A stretch of DNA of 64,000 nt. Origin: Phaeosaccion multiseriatum (taxonomy: Eukaryota > Protista > Ochrophyta, other classes). The notes under the pieces were generated by a model. It saw only the letters and a program-made list of their open reading frames with translations. It had not been told where the DNA came from and did not search any database. The position numbers and the translations under genes were made by a program. This document shows positions 38,956-51,234 of the stretch, piece after piece (positions within the stretch are counted from its first letter, which is position 1; every line of letters begins with the position of its first letter). The stretch covers positions 806,001 to 870,000 of the forward strand of contig OZ218962.1 in assembly GCA_965112735.1 (NCBI GenBank). Reading direction: 5' to 3'.

Positions 38956-39951
38956 ATGGCCCCGCTACGGTTGTTGGACATGCTTCTGGGCCGCGCTGCC
39001 CAACAGGCGGAGGCCGGTGCTTCTGAGTCGGCTCTGGGGGGATGTCCTCGCGAGGAGGTGCTGATGCTGGAGGACACGATGAGGACAGTCATGGGTATTG
39101 TGGGTGAGGGGCAATACATCTTCGTCGCGGGGGTGAGCATCGATTGGAGAAGACTGTACAGCGCCGCTCACCCCGCGCGTTGCACCACTCACCGAAGCGT
39201 AATAGGGTCTGTGGAGTGCCTCAACTGGGCCATCAGAGAGGCTCAGTATCCGCTCAGCACTTGGACCTTTGTCGCCGCGGCCGAGTATGGAGATGTGAGC
39301 GTGTGCAGGGCCCTCGATGGCCACGGCTGTAAGCGCGACGCGTATGTTTGTTGCGCTGCGGCCAGGAATGCCAAGCATGGCCTGAGCATTCTCAAGTGGC
39401 TCCGATCGGACGCGCTCTCCGACAAGCCGCCGTGCCCATGGAGCAATCGCGTGTGCCACGAAGCTGCGCGGCAAGGGAGAGTGGAAATGCTCGCATGGCT
39501 ACTGTCGGACGATGCGGGCGCCCCCTTCGCATACAGCATGTGGCTGGGGGCTGCAGAGGCCGGGCACATCAATGTGCTGGAAGCGCTTCTGAGTTGTCCC
39601 AAGGTGCGAGCTTCATTGGAAGCGGGGCAGCCAGGGCGAGGGTGGCGAGCGGGGGCTTACGCCGCCGCGCTCGGGAACAGGTTGGAGGTGCTGCGCTGGC
39701 TGCATGCCAACGCTCGCGACCTCTGCGACTGGGACAGCGAGGTGTGTGAGTATGCCGTCCGTGAAGCTAAAAGCTTGGCCATGTTACAGTGGCTGCGGTC
39801 GGAGGACGTCGTGTGTGAGTGGGACGGGCTCTCGTGCCCAGAGCAGGTGCTCCTCAATGCCGGGATGGAAGATATGGAGAAGGACGGCACCTTCGAGGAG
39901 ATCAAGCGGTGGGTGCACGCTAACGGGCACCCTTGCGACTGCGAGGACTGA
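38956..39951 (+). CDS. Intronless F-box-like + ankyrin-repeat protein, copy 2
   Basis: Colinear with copy 1 over its whole length and ends FEEIKRWVHANGHPCDCED. The start is uncertain (38869 or 38956). Confidence 0.85.
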   Translation: MAPLRLLDMLLGRAAQQAEAGASESALGGCPREEVLMLEDTMRTVMGIVGEGQYIFVAGVSIDWRRLYSAAHPARCTTHRSVIGSVECLNWAIREAQYPLSTWTFVAAAEYGDVSVCRALDGHGCKRDAYVCCAAARNAKHGLSILKWLRSDALSDKPPCPWSNRVCHEAARQGRVEMLAWLLSDDAGAPFAYSMWLGAAEAGHINVLEALLSCPKVRASLEAGQPGRGWRAGAYAAALGNRLEVLRWLHANARDLCDWDSEVCEYAVREAKSLAMLQWLRSEDVVCEWDGLSCPEQVLLNAGMEDMEKDGTFEEIKRWVHANGHPCDCED

Positions 39952-40505
39952 GCGCCGCTCGCTTCTCCGCCCATCGAGAAGCGAAGTACGCCTGTGAGTG
40001 TGCTTGAATGAAGTCATTTCAGCTGGTGGTGAGCATCGACAGTGATTGATTCGCTTGTCAACCTCCCAAGCGCCAGGCGGTGGGAAGGCCGCCTTGCTTG
40101 CGCGGGGGGCCAAGCGTGACTGAGGAGGGCGCGCTTGTCGGCAGCAGTGAGGTGTGCGGGAGTATGATGCAGCCGTAGGAGGGGGGAGGGGAGGAGCCCT
40201 CACTCCCTCGAAGACCATTCTCCCTCGAAGAGAATGTCATTTAATCGAAAAGCGAGCCCACTTTCCCAGACCCAAGTCCACACAGCAAATGTAACTGGCC
40301 GCCGCTGCCAAGGGAAACTCCTCTCCTTGCTCTTCGCACACCTGGTAGCGCCGCGCTCTGTCTGAAGACAAGCCTAGCTGCCGCCGAGCCGCGCTACTCC
40401 AGCACGTAGCTGCGCATTCCTGCGGCAACAGCAGCAGCTGCACAGAGCTTAGCGCCGCTGATAGTCTCCTTGCTTCAATCTTTTACGGAGGCATCGCTAG
40501 AGTAT

Positions 40506-41287
40506 ATGGCTGAGCAGGGGGGGAGGAAGCGCGTGCGACCGGCTCCGGAAGGAGAGGAAGGTGTGATGGCGTCGGTCATGGACACCGTGAGAAACTGGCA
40601 CCGGGCCTTGCACGCCGCAGTAGGGTGGAGGGTTCTGAGGGGCAATGCCCAGGAGGGACTTTCAGCCCGGACAAATGTCCTGGCTCAGCAAGACGCGATG
40701 ACGAAGGTCATGGGCATCCTAGGGGAGGGGCATCATCTCTTTGTCGCGGGGGTATGCAGGGACTGGAGGAGGCTGTACAGCGCCGCTCATCCCGCCTTGA
40801 CCACCCGTCTTCGCAGCGTGGTGGGGTCCGTCGAGTGCGTCGAGTGGGTGATCAAGGGGCCGTGCAGGGTGGGCACATCAGTGTGCTGGAGATGCTTCTG
40901 GCCCACCCCAAGGTCAGGCCTGAGCTGGAAAAAGCAGAGGACGAGGAAGGCAGCGAAGCGGCAGGGTCAGATGATGGCAGCAAATGGAGATTTGGGGCTT
41001 ACTGTGCAGCGCGTGAGGGACAGCTGGAGGTGTTGCGCTGGCTGCATGCAAACGCTCGCGACCTGTGCCATTGGGACGGCGGGGTTTGCTTCAATGCCGT
41101 TTGCGGGGGGAGCCTGGCCACTTTGCAGTGGCTGCGATCGGAGAGAGTTCTGTGTGGGTGGGACAGGTTCTCGTGCCCAGAGCAGATACTACGCATGGAT
41201 TTTGGGGACATTGAGAGGGATGGCGCCTTCGAGGAGATTAAGCGGTGGGTGCATGCAAACGGACATCCCTGCGACTGCGAGGACTGA
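40506..41287 (+). pseudogene. Ankyrin-family copy 3, internally deleted with an apparent frameshift
   Basis: The N-terminal part (..FVAGVCRDWRRLYSAAHP..VECVEWVIK) joins, in another frame at about 40858, to GAVQGGHISVLE...HANGHPCDCED. About 100 codons present in copies 1 and 2 are missing. Confidence 0.7.
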
Positions 41288-42357
41288 GCGCTGCTCACCA
41301 ATGAGCGCTGCTCACCAATGAGCCTGTACTCTGCGTGAGCAGAGCTGCGGGAATCAAGTCATTTCCGCTGGTGGTAAGCGTCCACAGTGGCTCACTTTTC
41401 TAGCTAAACCCCTCAAGCGTCGGGCGGAAGGAATGTCGCATTGGCATTGCTTGCGTGCGGGGGCAGGGTAGGGCTATGGCTCATGGTGCCACTGCGGCAC
41501 AGCCTTTGCGTCTAAGATGACTGGTTGAAGAAGCTGGTGCAGCTCAGCTTCAGGTCAGAGGAGAAACGAAGTGAGTACATCGTGCCGAGTTGGGCTCTGG
41601 CGCTCTGCAGACCTGACTGAGGGCCTCGTCATCCTACTGCCAGCATCTCGGGCAATCTCTCCCTGCTGATCCGTGCGCTCCCGAGCTTCGAGCGTTTGAA
41701 GAAGGCAGGCTCACGTTCTTGATACAGAGCTTCTCACTCCCAGCCTTGGGCCGACCGTATCGCACATCTCCTGTACCCAGTCAGTCGCCGTGCCCTCCAC
41801 CCGTGCTTGTCGCTATTTCCGCATTATCGCTCTGGCCCTCCCCCCTTTTGCCTTCCCGGCTGCCCCGTCCTCATCCTCCATGGGACAACCCACACTCGGG
41901 ACTGTGCCTTCCTTCCAAATTGGCTTCACATGCAGGCGGATGACAGCCTGGTCGAGACACGCACTCAGGCCCAAATCGAGAAGTGGACCAGCTGCCCGCG
42001 CGAGTGCTGCCCGCTATGAGCGACCCTGGCGTGCACGCGTGAATCATCGATCGCAGCTGTGCGGGAATTGACAGCAGCCGCAGGGCCCTACGATCTTCTT
42101 CGTGGAGCAATGCGCTGCCGGCATCTGCCTTTGCGTCGTCGCGCCCAGCACGCATGCGGCCCTGCATGTCCTAACCATCAGAATTTATCTGTCCTTCATA
42201 ATCGCGATGCTCCTCTGTTCAGCCAAAGCAGGGTTTCCAGTTGTGACACGATACGAAAAGGGCTCCAAAATCTTCTCTTGACATGAGCTCAGATATTGGC
42301 TATACAGCAAACTGAACAGGACCAATACTCGCCGCAAGCATTTGAGTGGAGCAGATC

Positions 42358-42904
42358 ATGACTCGCCGCATCATCCTCACTCTCGCCCTACTCTTCGTGG
42401 CCGTGCTCTCCGTCACTGCTCAAGCCCCTGATCCTGACGAGCTCAAGGAGAAGCTTGGAGACAAGAAGGATGAGCTCGAGGAGAAGCTTGGGGACAAGAA
42501 AGAGGAGCTTAAGGACAAGCTGTAAGTGTCAGTGCTCTTGGCGGCCGAGATCCTCCCCTCTTTGGCCATATCTTGTCACCTCAGTGAGCCACACCCGGTC
42601 TTGGGCCCTCCTACACGATTCGCGTTCCGTCTCGGGCTCCCGCGCATCTCCTTTCTGCCTCACGCTCCCCCCGTCTCAGCTGGTAACTCAATCCCGCCTC
42701 CACTGCTTGCTGTTCTTCTGTCCCATCGCTTGCCCCCTCACACTCCTCCTCCCTTCCTTCTTTACGACACGTTTTTCTTCCATCTGGCCTCTGCTCCGGC
42801 TTCGTTCTTCCTTCGACCGTCTTTCACCTTCGACGGGCACCACTCCGCTAATTCATGCCTGGTCTTCACATCGACTACAGGGACGGGGAGGAGCGCAAGC
42901 AGTA
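42358..42904 (+). CDS. Small secreted protein with an 11-aa charged repeat (ELKEKLGDKKD); 3' structure uncertain
   Basis: Reads MTRRIILTLALLFVAVLSVTA|QAPDPDELKEKLGDKKDELEEKLGDKKEELKDKL. It then either stops at TAA (42525) or uses the donor GTAAGT at 42522 spliced to 42881. Confidence 0.5.
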
Positions 42905-43989
42905 AGTTCAAGCAATGTCCGAAGACGGGGAGGAGCGCAAGCAGTAAGTTCAAGCAATGTCCGAAGGGCCCTCGCTCAACTACTCACGTCTGACTCGTAC
43001 CTTTCTGCTTTTCCACTTTCACCCTCTCGCTCCTCCCACGGCTCTGCGCTTCCTTCCCCGACAACATCACCTTCCACCCCGCCCTCCGCTCGTGCTTCGT
43101 CCCTTCCCCGTCCATCCTCCTTTCCAATCCGCTACAACTACCAAGGGCACTTAAAATATCTTTCTTTTCTTTAAGTACCCTTGCAGCTACGCTCCATCAT
43201 GGACTGCCGCTTCATCCATCTGCCCGGCAGATCGTGAGCGCTGCCCTGCTTCTCCCTTCCATTTCGGATGACAACCTCCGGCCGGCAACAGCTGCTGGGG
43301 CGGTGGATGGCACGGTGGATGGGGCGGGGGGGACGGATGGGGCGGAGGGTGGCGAGAGGCTGGCGGCTGGTGAGCGAACTGCAGGCTTCGTGGCAGGGCT
43401 TCGCGCATAAGCCATAGTAGGGAGAAAGAGCGACATGGCATCGTACACATTGCTTGGCTCCGGAGGCTGAGATGAAAATGATCCAAGAATAAGCTTTCTA
43501 TTTTCCTTCCATCGATTGCTTGGCCTCAGATTCTGCTGCGATGGGCTGCCTCATGCCTTCCATCACTGGCTAAGGTCTCCCTCCGTCCAGCTTGTCACCT
43601 CCTCCCCTCGTCTTCTACCCCACTGCGCGTCACCTCGCAAGGCCCGTGCGCCTGGGGCAGCCCGAGAAGACAAAATATACGGCGCTTGGATGGTCCGGGA
43701 GTCAACCCTCTTGAAAGCAGTGATGGGGTATGCTTTGCGGTCATGTGAAGGGTGGAACGGAACGTCGCCGTATTTGTTTTCTCCTCGTGGGCGACGCACA
43801 GATCGCGCGCGCGGGAGAAGGGAGAGAAGGGATCGACGACCACTACTCCTATGGCAATGAATGGGCGACATGCCCCCTCGGGGCTGCTTCGCGGGCACTT
43901 CTCTCGAATCGCAGTCTCCCCAGTCCCCCGCCAGCTGCTCTGGCGTGCTCGCTTCTCGAGAGCAGCGCAGCAGCGGTATTCACCCCACC

Positions 43990-44178
43990 TACGCGCCCAG
44001 TTGAGGCACTCCACAGCGCCGCGGCAAAGAGAGGTCGTCAACGCGGTGTGAGTAGTGCTGTACAGTCTCCCCCAGTCCTTGCTCACCCCCGCTGCGAAGT
44101 CGTGACGCGCCTCACCCGCAAAACCCATCACCTTCAGCATCCCCCCTCTAGAGCCAGCACCTTGGCACGGCATGAATA
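43990..44178 (-). pseudogene. Ankyrin-family copy 4, N-terminal fragment only
   Basis: EYSCRAKVLALEG / MLKVMGFAGEARHDFAAGVSKDWGRLYSTTHTALTTSL...VECLNWA is homologous to copies 1-3. Homology stops after that, and there is a frameshift at the C6 run 44141-44146. Confidence 0.75.
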
Positions 44179-44440
44179 CTCCTCCTCCTCCTCCTCCTCC
44201 TCCTCCTCCTCCTCCTCCTCCTCCTCCTCCTCCTCCTCCTCCTCCTCCTCCTCCTCCTCCTCCTCCTCCTCCTCCTCCTCCTCCTCCTCCTCCTCCTCCT
44301 CCTCCTCCTCCTCCTCCTCCTCCTCCTCCTCCTCCTCCTCCTCCTCCTCCTCCTCCTCCTCCTCCTCCTCCTCCTCCTCCTCCTCCTCCTCCTCCTCCTC
44401 CTCCTCCTCCTCCTCCTCCTCCTCCTCCTCCTCCTCCTCC
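44179..44440 (+). repeat. Pure (CCT)n trinucleotide repeat, about 87 units
   Basis: Directly visible. Confidence 0.95.
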
Positions 44441-44780
44441 CTCTTTCACCAAGTCAGGCACAACTTGTGAGAGTGGGAGAGCTTCCTCCCACTACGAAGT
44501 TGCGCAAGAGAGCAGATGGAATCAGACGACAGAAGGTGGCAGCCCATGGCAGGCAGCGAAGACTTCTCCCTCCTTTCGTTCAAGTCGCAACTACCGATGG
44601 CAACCCATGGCAAGGCAAATCACTCGCCATCCCAAAACTGAGAATTCCCCCTTCGCCTCAAGGGCTCTTAGGGGTTGCTCACGCGGGTAGGAGAGACAAA
44701 AGAGAGAGGGAGGGAGAGGGAGAGACTGGAGATAGACAGAGCCCACACCCTAGGCCATGCACTCTATTCCCTCTATCACC

Positions 44781-45421
44781 TCAGTGATGCGGCGACATCA
44801 GCGCACCCCCCCTGCCGCCGCCGTCCCTCTGCTCTCTCGAAGAGGAGGTGCCCCCCCCGGGGATCAGCCCCCGGGGGATGAAGGGAACGTTCCTGTTCTT
44901 GGCCACATCGAAAAGGCGGGCGTTGTACTGGAGTTGGAACTCGTCACGGAGCTTGAGGAGGCAGAGACGACAGCAAATGGCAGCCCAGACAACCACATGG
45001 CGCAGACCATCAGCGAGTGGCAGCAGAGAGACAAGGAGGGGGGGAGAGAGGGAGGGAGAGAGACGGAGAGAGAGAGGGGGGGGGAGGAGGGGGGGAGGGA
45101 GTGAGCGACGGACGGAGAGAGAGGGGGGAGGGCTGAGAGGAAGAGAGAGCGGGTACGGTCAGCGAGGACACAGGCAATGCTGCTCACTCCGAAGCGTTGG
45201 CATTCAGCTTCCCCCCCCCTGGCCTCCCCCTCCCCTCCCCCCGTGGGGTAAGCAGTCTCCCACTCACCTCCTCTGGCACCGGGATGTCGTTCTCCACCTT
45301 CATTCTGACCATTGAATGCATATCCATCTTGGCTGGAGGGGGAAAGAGAGGGATGTACGGCAGTGCATGACGCGTGAGACGGGGAGAGAAAGGGAGAGAG
45401 AATGGGGGGGTTAAGGGGGAG

Positions 45422-45456
<35 letters not shown>

Positions 45457-45690
45457 GGGAGAGAAAGGGAGAGAGAAAGGGGGCTTTAAGGGGGAGAGAG
45501 GAGAGAGAGAGAGAGAGAGAGCGGGGAGAGAAAGGGAGAGAGAAAGGGGGCTTTAAGGGGGAGAGCGAAGAGAGGATAGAGAGACAGAGCGAGAAGAGTT
45601 TTTTCGACAGAAAGAGCGAGAGAGGAGAGGAGGGCCAGACCACGAAGAGGGAGAGATAGACACAGAGGGATACGTGAAAGAGAGGAAAAT

Positions 45691-45735
<45 letters not shown>

Positions 45736-46940
45736 TGGAGCAATCGCAGCATTACCACTCACGCAACCCTGCAGAGCAAAACCCTCCAAACTTACGGTAC
45801 TAACTACGGTACTAACTATGGAACTAACCAGGGTCGCCGAAACCTGTCAAGGCAAGCAAATCATCCACCGAGGAGATACCCAGCCCCCCTGTGAGGGCCT
45901 GCCCTTCCACCGCCGTCCCCTCCGTGAGGCGCAGCTGCCGTGTAGACTGTTGCTTGTGCAGCTGCCCCATGAGGCCAGCATGTAACCGCCATTTGTTCAT
46001 AGCCTCTGTGAGCTTCCATCTTGAGCTTGCGCCATCCCGAGTGAGGTGGATGAGGCGGGCGTAGAGGCGGGAGGTGCCCTGTGTGTGTGGGGGGGGGGGG
46101 GGGGATGGCAGTGGAGGGGCGGTGGTTTCAGCTACGAGGACCGGTGGGGTACGAGGTCAGAGAGGGCAGTGAGGGGACCATAGAAGTGACGAAAGACAGG
46201 TAGGAAGACCAGGAGACCAACAAATATGTCCTCTTTAAGACCTCCCAGCATGGCAAGTGAAAGGCACGCACGCACGCACGCACGCACGCGCACACACGCA
46301 CGCACACACACACACAGACAGACAGAGAGCCAGAGAGGGAGACTTACCGCCGCGGAGTTGGTGCCTCCTTGCGTCTTCTCCTGTCTGACCTCCTTCTTCT
46401 TGGCCTTGACTTTGTGCCACAGCTGAGGGAAGTCCTTTGAGAAGTCGAAGCCATCCCCCTTCAGCGCCGACGCCGCCAGCAGCAAGCAATGGGCCTTGAG
46501 GTCTCTGAAGAAGGCCTCGTTCCTACATGTGATACAATGTGTGTGGGGGAGAAAGCAAAAGTCATATAAAGGCGAAAGGGCGAGCAAGCGACGATAGAGG
46601 AAGCAAAGGCGAAGAAAGAACCGAACGACTGAGCGAGCAAGCAAGCCACCAAGGCCGTGACCAAGCCAGCACGCAACACTCACGGAGTCAGGTCTTCTTC
46701 ATCCTCCCCCCCGCTGGCCTCTTGCTCCTCCTCCTCCTCCTCCTCTCCTCCCTCCATAGAGGCGAGGCTGGTGGTGCCATCCCCGTCCATAGCCGCGCAT
46801 TCTATCTGCTGTGTCGCTTCCGGCCAATCGGTACTTGTGGCCTCTAATCCTGCAGGGGAGATGTACATATATAGAGGATTGGTACAAAGAGCGAAGTGTG
46901 TGTGTGTGTGCGTGTGTGTGTGTGTGTGTCCATGCCTTTA

Positions 46941-46975
<35 letters not shown>

Positions 46976-47770
46976 CTGCGTGACGCCACTACTCCACCAT
47001 CTTCCGCGAGGCAATGTCCACGCATAGAACAAGAAAGGTGGGGATCAGGGCTCGCTGTCGGCGACGCTCATAGCGCCAGCGATGGAGAGGACGACAGGAA
47101 ACCCTCCCTCAAACACACCCACAACCACCACCACACACCTCCTGTTGTTGCTCCTGCTGCAGCGACATGCTCTGCTTCCTTTGTCCTCCTCCTCCTCTCC
47201 TCCTCCTTCTCCTCCTTCTGTTTCTCCTTCCTCTCCTCCGCCTTCTCCTTGTGGGCCTCGGTCAGCGCCTTAGCTATGACCTCCTCTCCCTGACCCTCCC
47301 AAGCGGCTGCCAGCAGACCCGGAGGGAGACGCTAGGGACATGAGTAAGACGAGGAGATGGAGAAGGGGAGGGGGGGGGAGGGGAAGGGGGAGGAGGGACC
47401 GATGGATAAGAACCGTCCGAGTCTGGGAAGCCGAACCCTTGCCCCTTCCTGCAAGCCCAGCCCCTTCCCCTTCGCCATTCATGTACTACAGCAAAGCCTC
47501 AAAAGATAGGCCAAGGCACGCTCGCCCCCGTCTCTTTCTCTCGCCGCCCGTAAGCCTCCACCTGCCCCCAACGCTTACCGCTCCACTGCCATCCACTGCC
47601 ACCCACTGCCATCCAGTGCCATCCCGAGTCATCCCTCACCTTGGGTATGGGCAGGCTCTTTGCTGCGGCGCACATGACGAGGTGCATGGCCACGGCCCAC
47701 TCAAACTCGTTCAGAGTACCGTCCTTCTCCACGTCTGGAGGCGCACACATGTACACACACACATACGCAA

Positions 47771-47817
<47 letters not shown>

Positions 47818-50049
47818 CATTCACACGCACACGTATACCCACATGCGTACATGCACGCGCACACACACACACACACGCACACAGAGAGGGAGAGCGCAGA
47901 GAGAGATAGACCACAGGTCCAGGCATGCGCGAGACGGCAAAGACGGACAAACGAGTGACGGCTAGGCTGGTGGGGCGAGGGAAGGGGGGAAGAGGGGAAG
48001 AGGGGAAGAGGGGAAGAGGGGAAGAGGGCAGGTAGAGACGAGGCATACGAACACTGTCTGGACCGCAGGCTGACCGCGCCAAACAGTCCAGTGGCACAGG
48101 CCTCTGTCCCCTCCTGCCCCTCTCCTGCGTATCCCCATCCCATGGGTATAACCTCCTGCGCCTCCCCATCCCGTGCATTCGCCACACACACCCCTCACCT
48201 GCAAGCTTCCACACATTGAACAGCACGTCCCTGGGCAGCCCCGACCGTCTTAGGAGAGGAGCGGCCTCTTTGCCGTCGATCGCCCCGCTGTATGTAGCAG
48301 CAGATAAGATGACATGACATGATAAAATATTAGATGGCGTCACGTAACATGGCGTAAGGTGACATGTGTGTGGACGGGGGGGTGAATGCACATACCTGTT
48401 GTCGACGTCAAGCTTGTGGAAGACTTGCCTATACTTGGTGCTCTCCTCCGGAGACATGGCGTACGGGCCGTCGTCAGGTGGGGGCACTACGCACACACGC
48501 ACACAAGGGAGGGGGGGGGGGGTAGGTAGGGGCAGGGGTGTGCGGGCGAAGGGGAACAAAGGGAAGCGTTACGTACGTCGGAGGGACGGAGGCGAGGGGC
48601 AAAAGACAAGACGTGCGGAGAGAGGGAGGCCGAAAGGATGGCAAGTAAGGGGCACACAGCAACGGGGCCGTTGGATTGACAGTCGGTAGAGCATTATCTC
48701 CGAGCCAATAAGCTGTACGAGGTATCTCTCCACCCCTCCATCGCTCACCTGTGGTGGCTCCAGCCTCTCCTTGGGTGGAAGCCAACGCAGTCGTTCCATT
48801 CGTCAAGCTCAACACCTTGGCTGACTTGCTCTTAACCCAGGAGCTGCCCAGCAGCCCCCCCTTCCTTGTGGTGCTTGCCGCTGAGGCTGCTGAAGCCGCG
48901 AGGAGTTGCTGACCTTTCTCTGCCGCAGGGAGACGATGACATGGGAGATATGTTATGAGACAAGGGTGGATAGTGAGGGGGAGAGTAGAGATGAAGGTCA
49001 GGGGGGGGGGCGTCTGAAAGGACGTGGAGGGGAGACGCGAAGCAGGAAGAGAGTGCGAACAAGTCAACGCTTCACGCCTCGTTGCCGTACTGTCTGCTGC
49101 GTGTCCTACTCTCTTCTCGTCCCGCACCTCATGGAAACGACCGACAGAGCGAGCGACCGACCGAACCACCGACTAAGAGAGAGAGAGCGGATGTTCTAAG
49201 GGCGTACTCCTTCCCCATCGAGAGCGAGGAAGCAGCCCCTCGATCCTCCTTTTCGTGTCGTCTCTGTCTCTTCCTCTCCTCTCCTCTCCTCTGCCTCTGC
49301 CTCTGTCTCTCCTTCTTCCTCTGTCCCTGTCTCTGTCTCTGTCTCTGTCTCTCTGTCTCTTCCTCCGCCTCTTTGCCTCTCTCCCTCTCCCTCTCCCTCT
49401 CCCTCTTCCCTCGTACCTGCCCGCTCTGCAAGCTTTGTTGTCGCTTCCCTCGCCCGCTGCAGGCCCGGCGCGGTCTGCTCTCTCATCTCCACCACTCGTG
49501 AGTGGAGAAGGTGTTTCATCTTGACGACACCCTCCAAGGACTTTCCCATGCTGTCCGCATATACAGTGGTGCTGTGGAGAGAGAGAGAGGGGAGAGGGAG
49601 AGGGTGGGCGGGGGGGAGAGCGAGGAAGAGAGGGGGGGGGGGTAAGATACGGAGAGTGACAGAGAGGAGGGGGAGGGAGGGGGAGAAGAGGGGACGGAGG
49701 GGAGAGGGACAAGAAGAAGGAGGGAGAAGGGGAGAGAAAAGTCAAGAGAGGACGACAGCGGTGAGGTCCTTGCTCAGGATGGGGTCCCCCGTGCGAGGTG
49801 CTCCTCTCACTGACACCACCCCACTCACCCCATCTGCAACGCTTGGGTGGCGGTGTCGTTGCCCCTCTTGACGTTCTCTGTCACGTGACGCATCACATCG
49901 CTCTTCTGCAGCTGCTTCTTGTTGCTCTGCGGCGGTCGGTCAGTCGATCGATCAATCGGGCAGCAGTCAGTCGGTCGGTCAAGCAGTCAGTTAGCCAGTG
50001 AGTAAGTCAGTGAGTGAGTGAGTCAGTCAGTCAGTCAGTCAGTCAGTCA

Positions 50050-50092
<43 letters not shown>

Positions 50093-50213
50093 GATCGGTC
50101 GGTCAGTCAGTAGGTGGGAGAGTCGGTCAGTCAGTAGGTCGGAGAGTCGGTCAGTCAGTAGGTCGGAGAGTCGGTCCGTCAGTCGGTCAGGCAGGCCTTC
50201 AGTCCGTCAGTCC

Positions 50214-50244
<31 letters not shown>

Positions 50245-51158
50245 AGTCAGTGAATGTATGTATGAGTGACTGAGTGAGTGAGTCAATCAGTCTGTCAGTC
50301 CGTCAGTCCGTCGGTCAGTCAGTCAGTCAGTCAATCAGTCAGTCAGTCAGTCACTGATTCAGTCAGTCAGTCAGTCAGTCAGTCAGTCAGTCAGTCAGTC
50401 AGTCAGTCAGTCACTCAGTCAGTCACTCAGTCAGTCAGTCAGTCAGTCAGTCAGTCAGTCAGTCAGTCAGTCAGTCAGTCAGTCAGTCAGTCACTCAGCC
50501 AGTCAGTCAGTCAGTCAGTCAGTCAGTCAGTCAGTCAGTCAGTCAGTCACTCAGCCAGTCAGTCAGTCAGTCAGTCACTCAGTCAGTCAGTCAGTCAGTC
50601 AGTCAGTCAGTCAGTCAGTCAGTCAGTCAGTCAGTCAGTCAGTCAGTCAGTTAGTCAGTCAGTCAGTCAGTCAGTCAGTCAGTCAGTCAGTCAGTCAGTC
50701 AGTCAGTCAGTCAGTCAGTCAGTCAGTCAGTCAGTCAGCCAGTCAGTCAGTCCTCCATGCCGCCATCCCCCACCTTACCACCTCACCACCTCACCGCCCC
50801 ACCTTGAATGTCTTGATTCCCGCAGTGGCGAGCTGAGCAAGTCTGGTGGACGTGGAGGGCGTTACCCGCAGCACTGGGCCGAGCTCCTGCACCACGTCAG
50901 ACGGGTTCACTCCAGCCATCTTCAATAAGACAGCCAGTCCGTCAGTCAGTCAGTCAGTCAGGCAGACAAATTAGGCATGAATCAATCAGGCATCAATCAG
51001 TGAGTTCATCATGGGCGGCACGTAAGTCACAAGGAGGGGAGGGGAGGGGAGAGAACGAGAGATGGGGTGGGGGGGTGGGGTGAAAAGAGGCACGAGGGCG
51101 AAGCGAAAGCAGGAAGAGGGCCTGCAATCAACTCGTCGAGTTACCCCCCTCCCTCCTC

Positions 51159-51234
<76 letters not shown>

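Noticed and set aside
41500-42290. Coding-like fragments with splice-like signals
   Set aside because: Interrupted by stop codons in all frames and not assignable to a family. Too weak to call.
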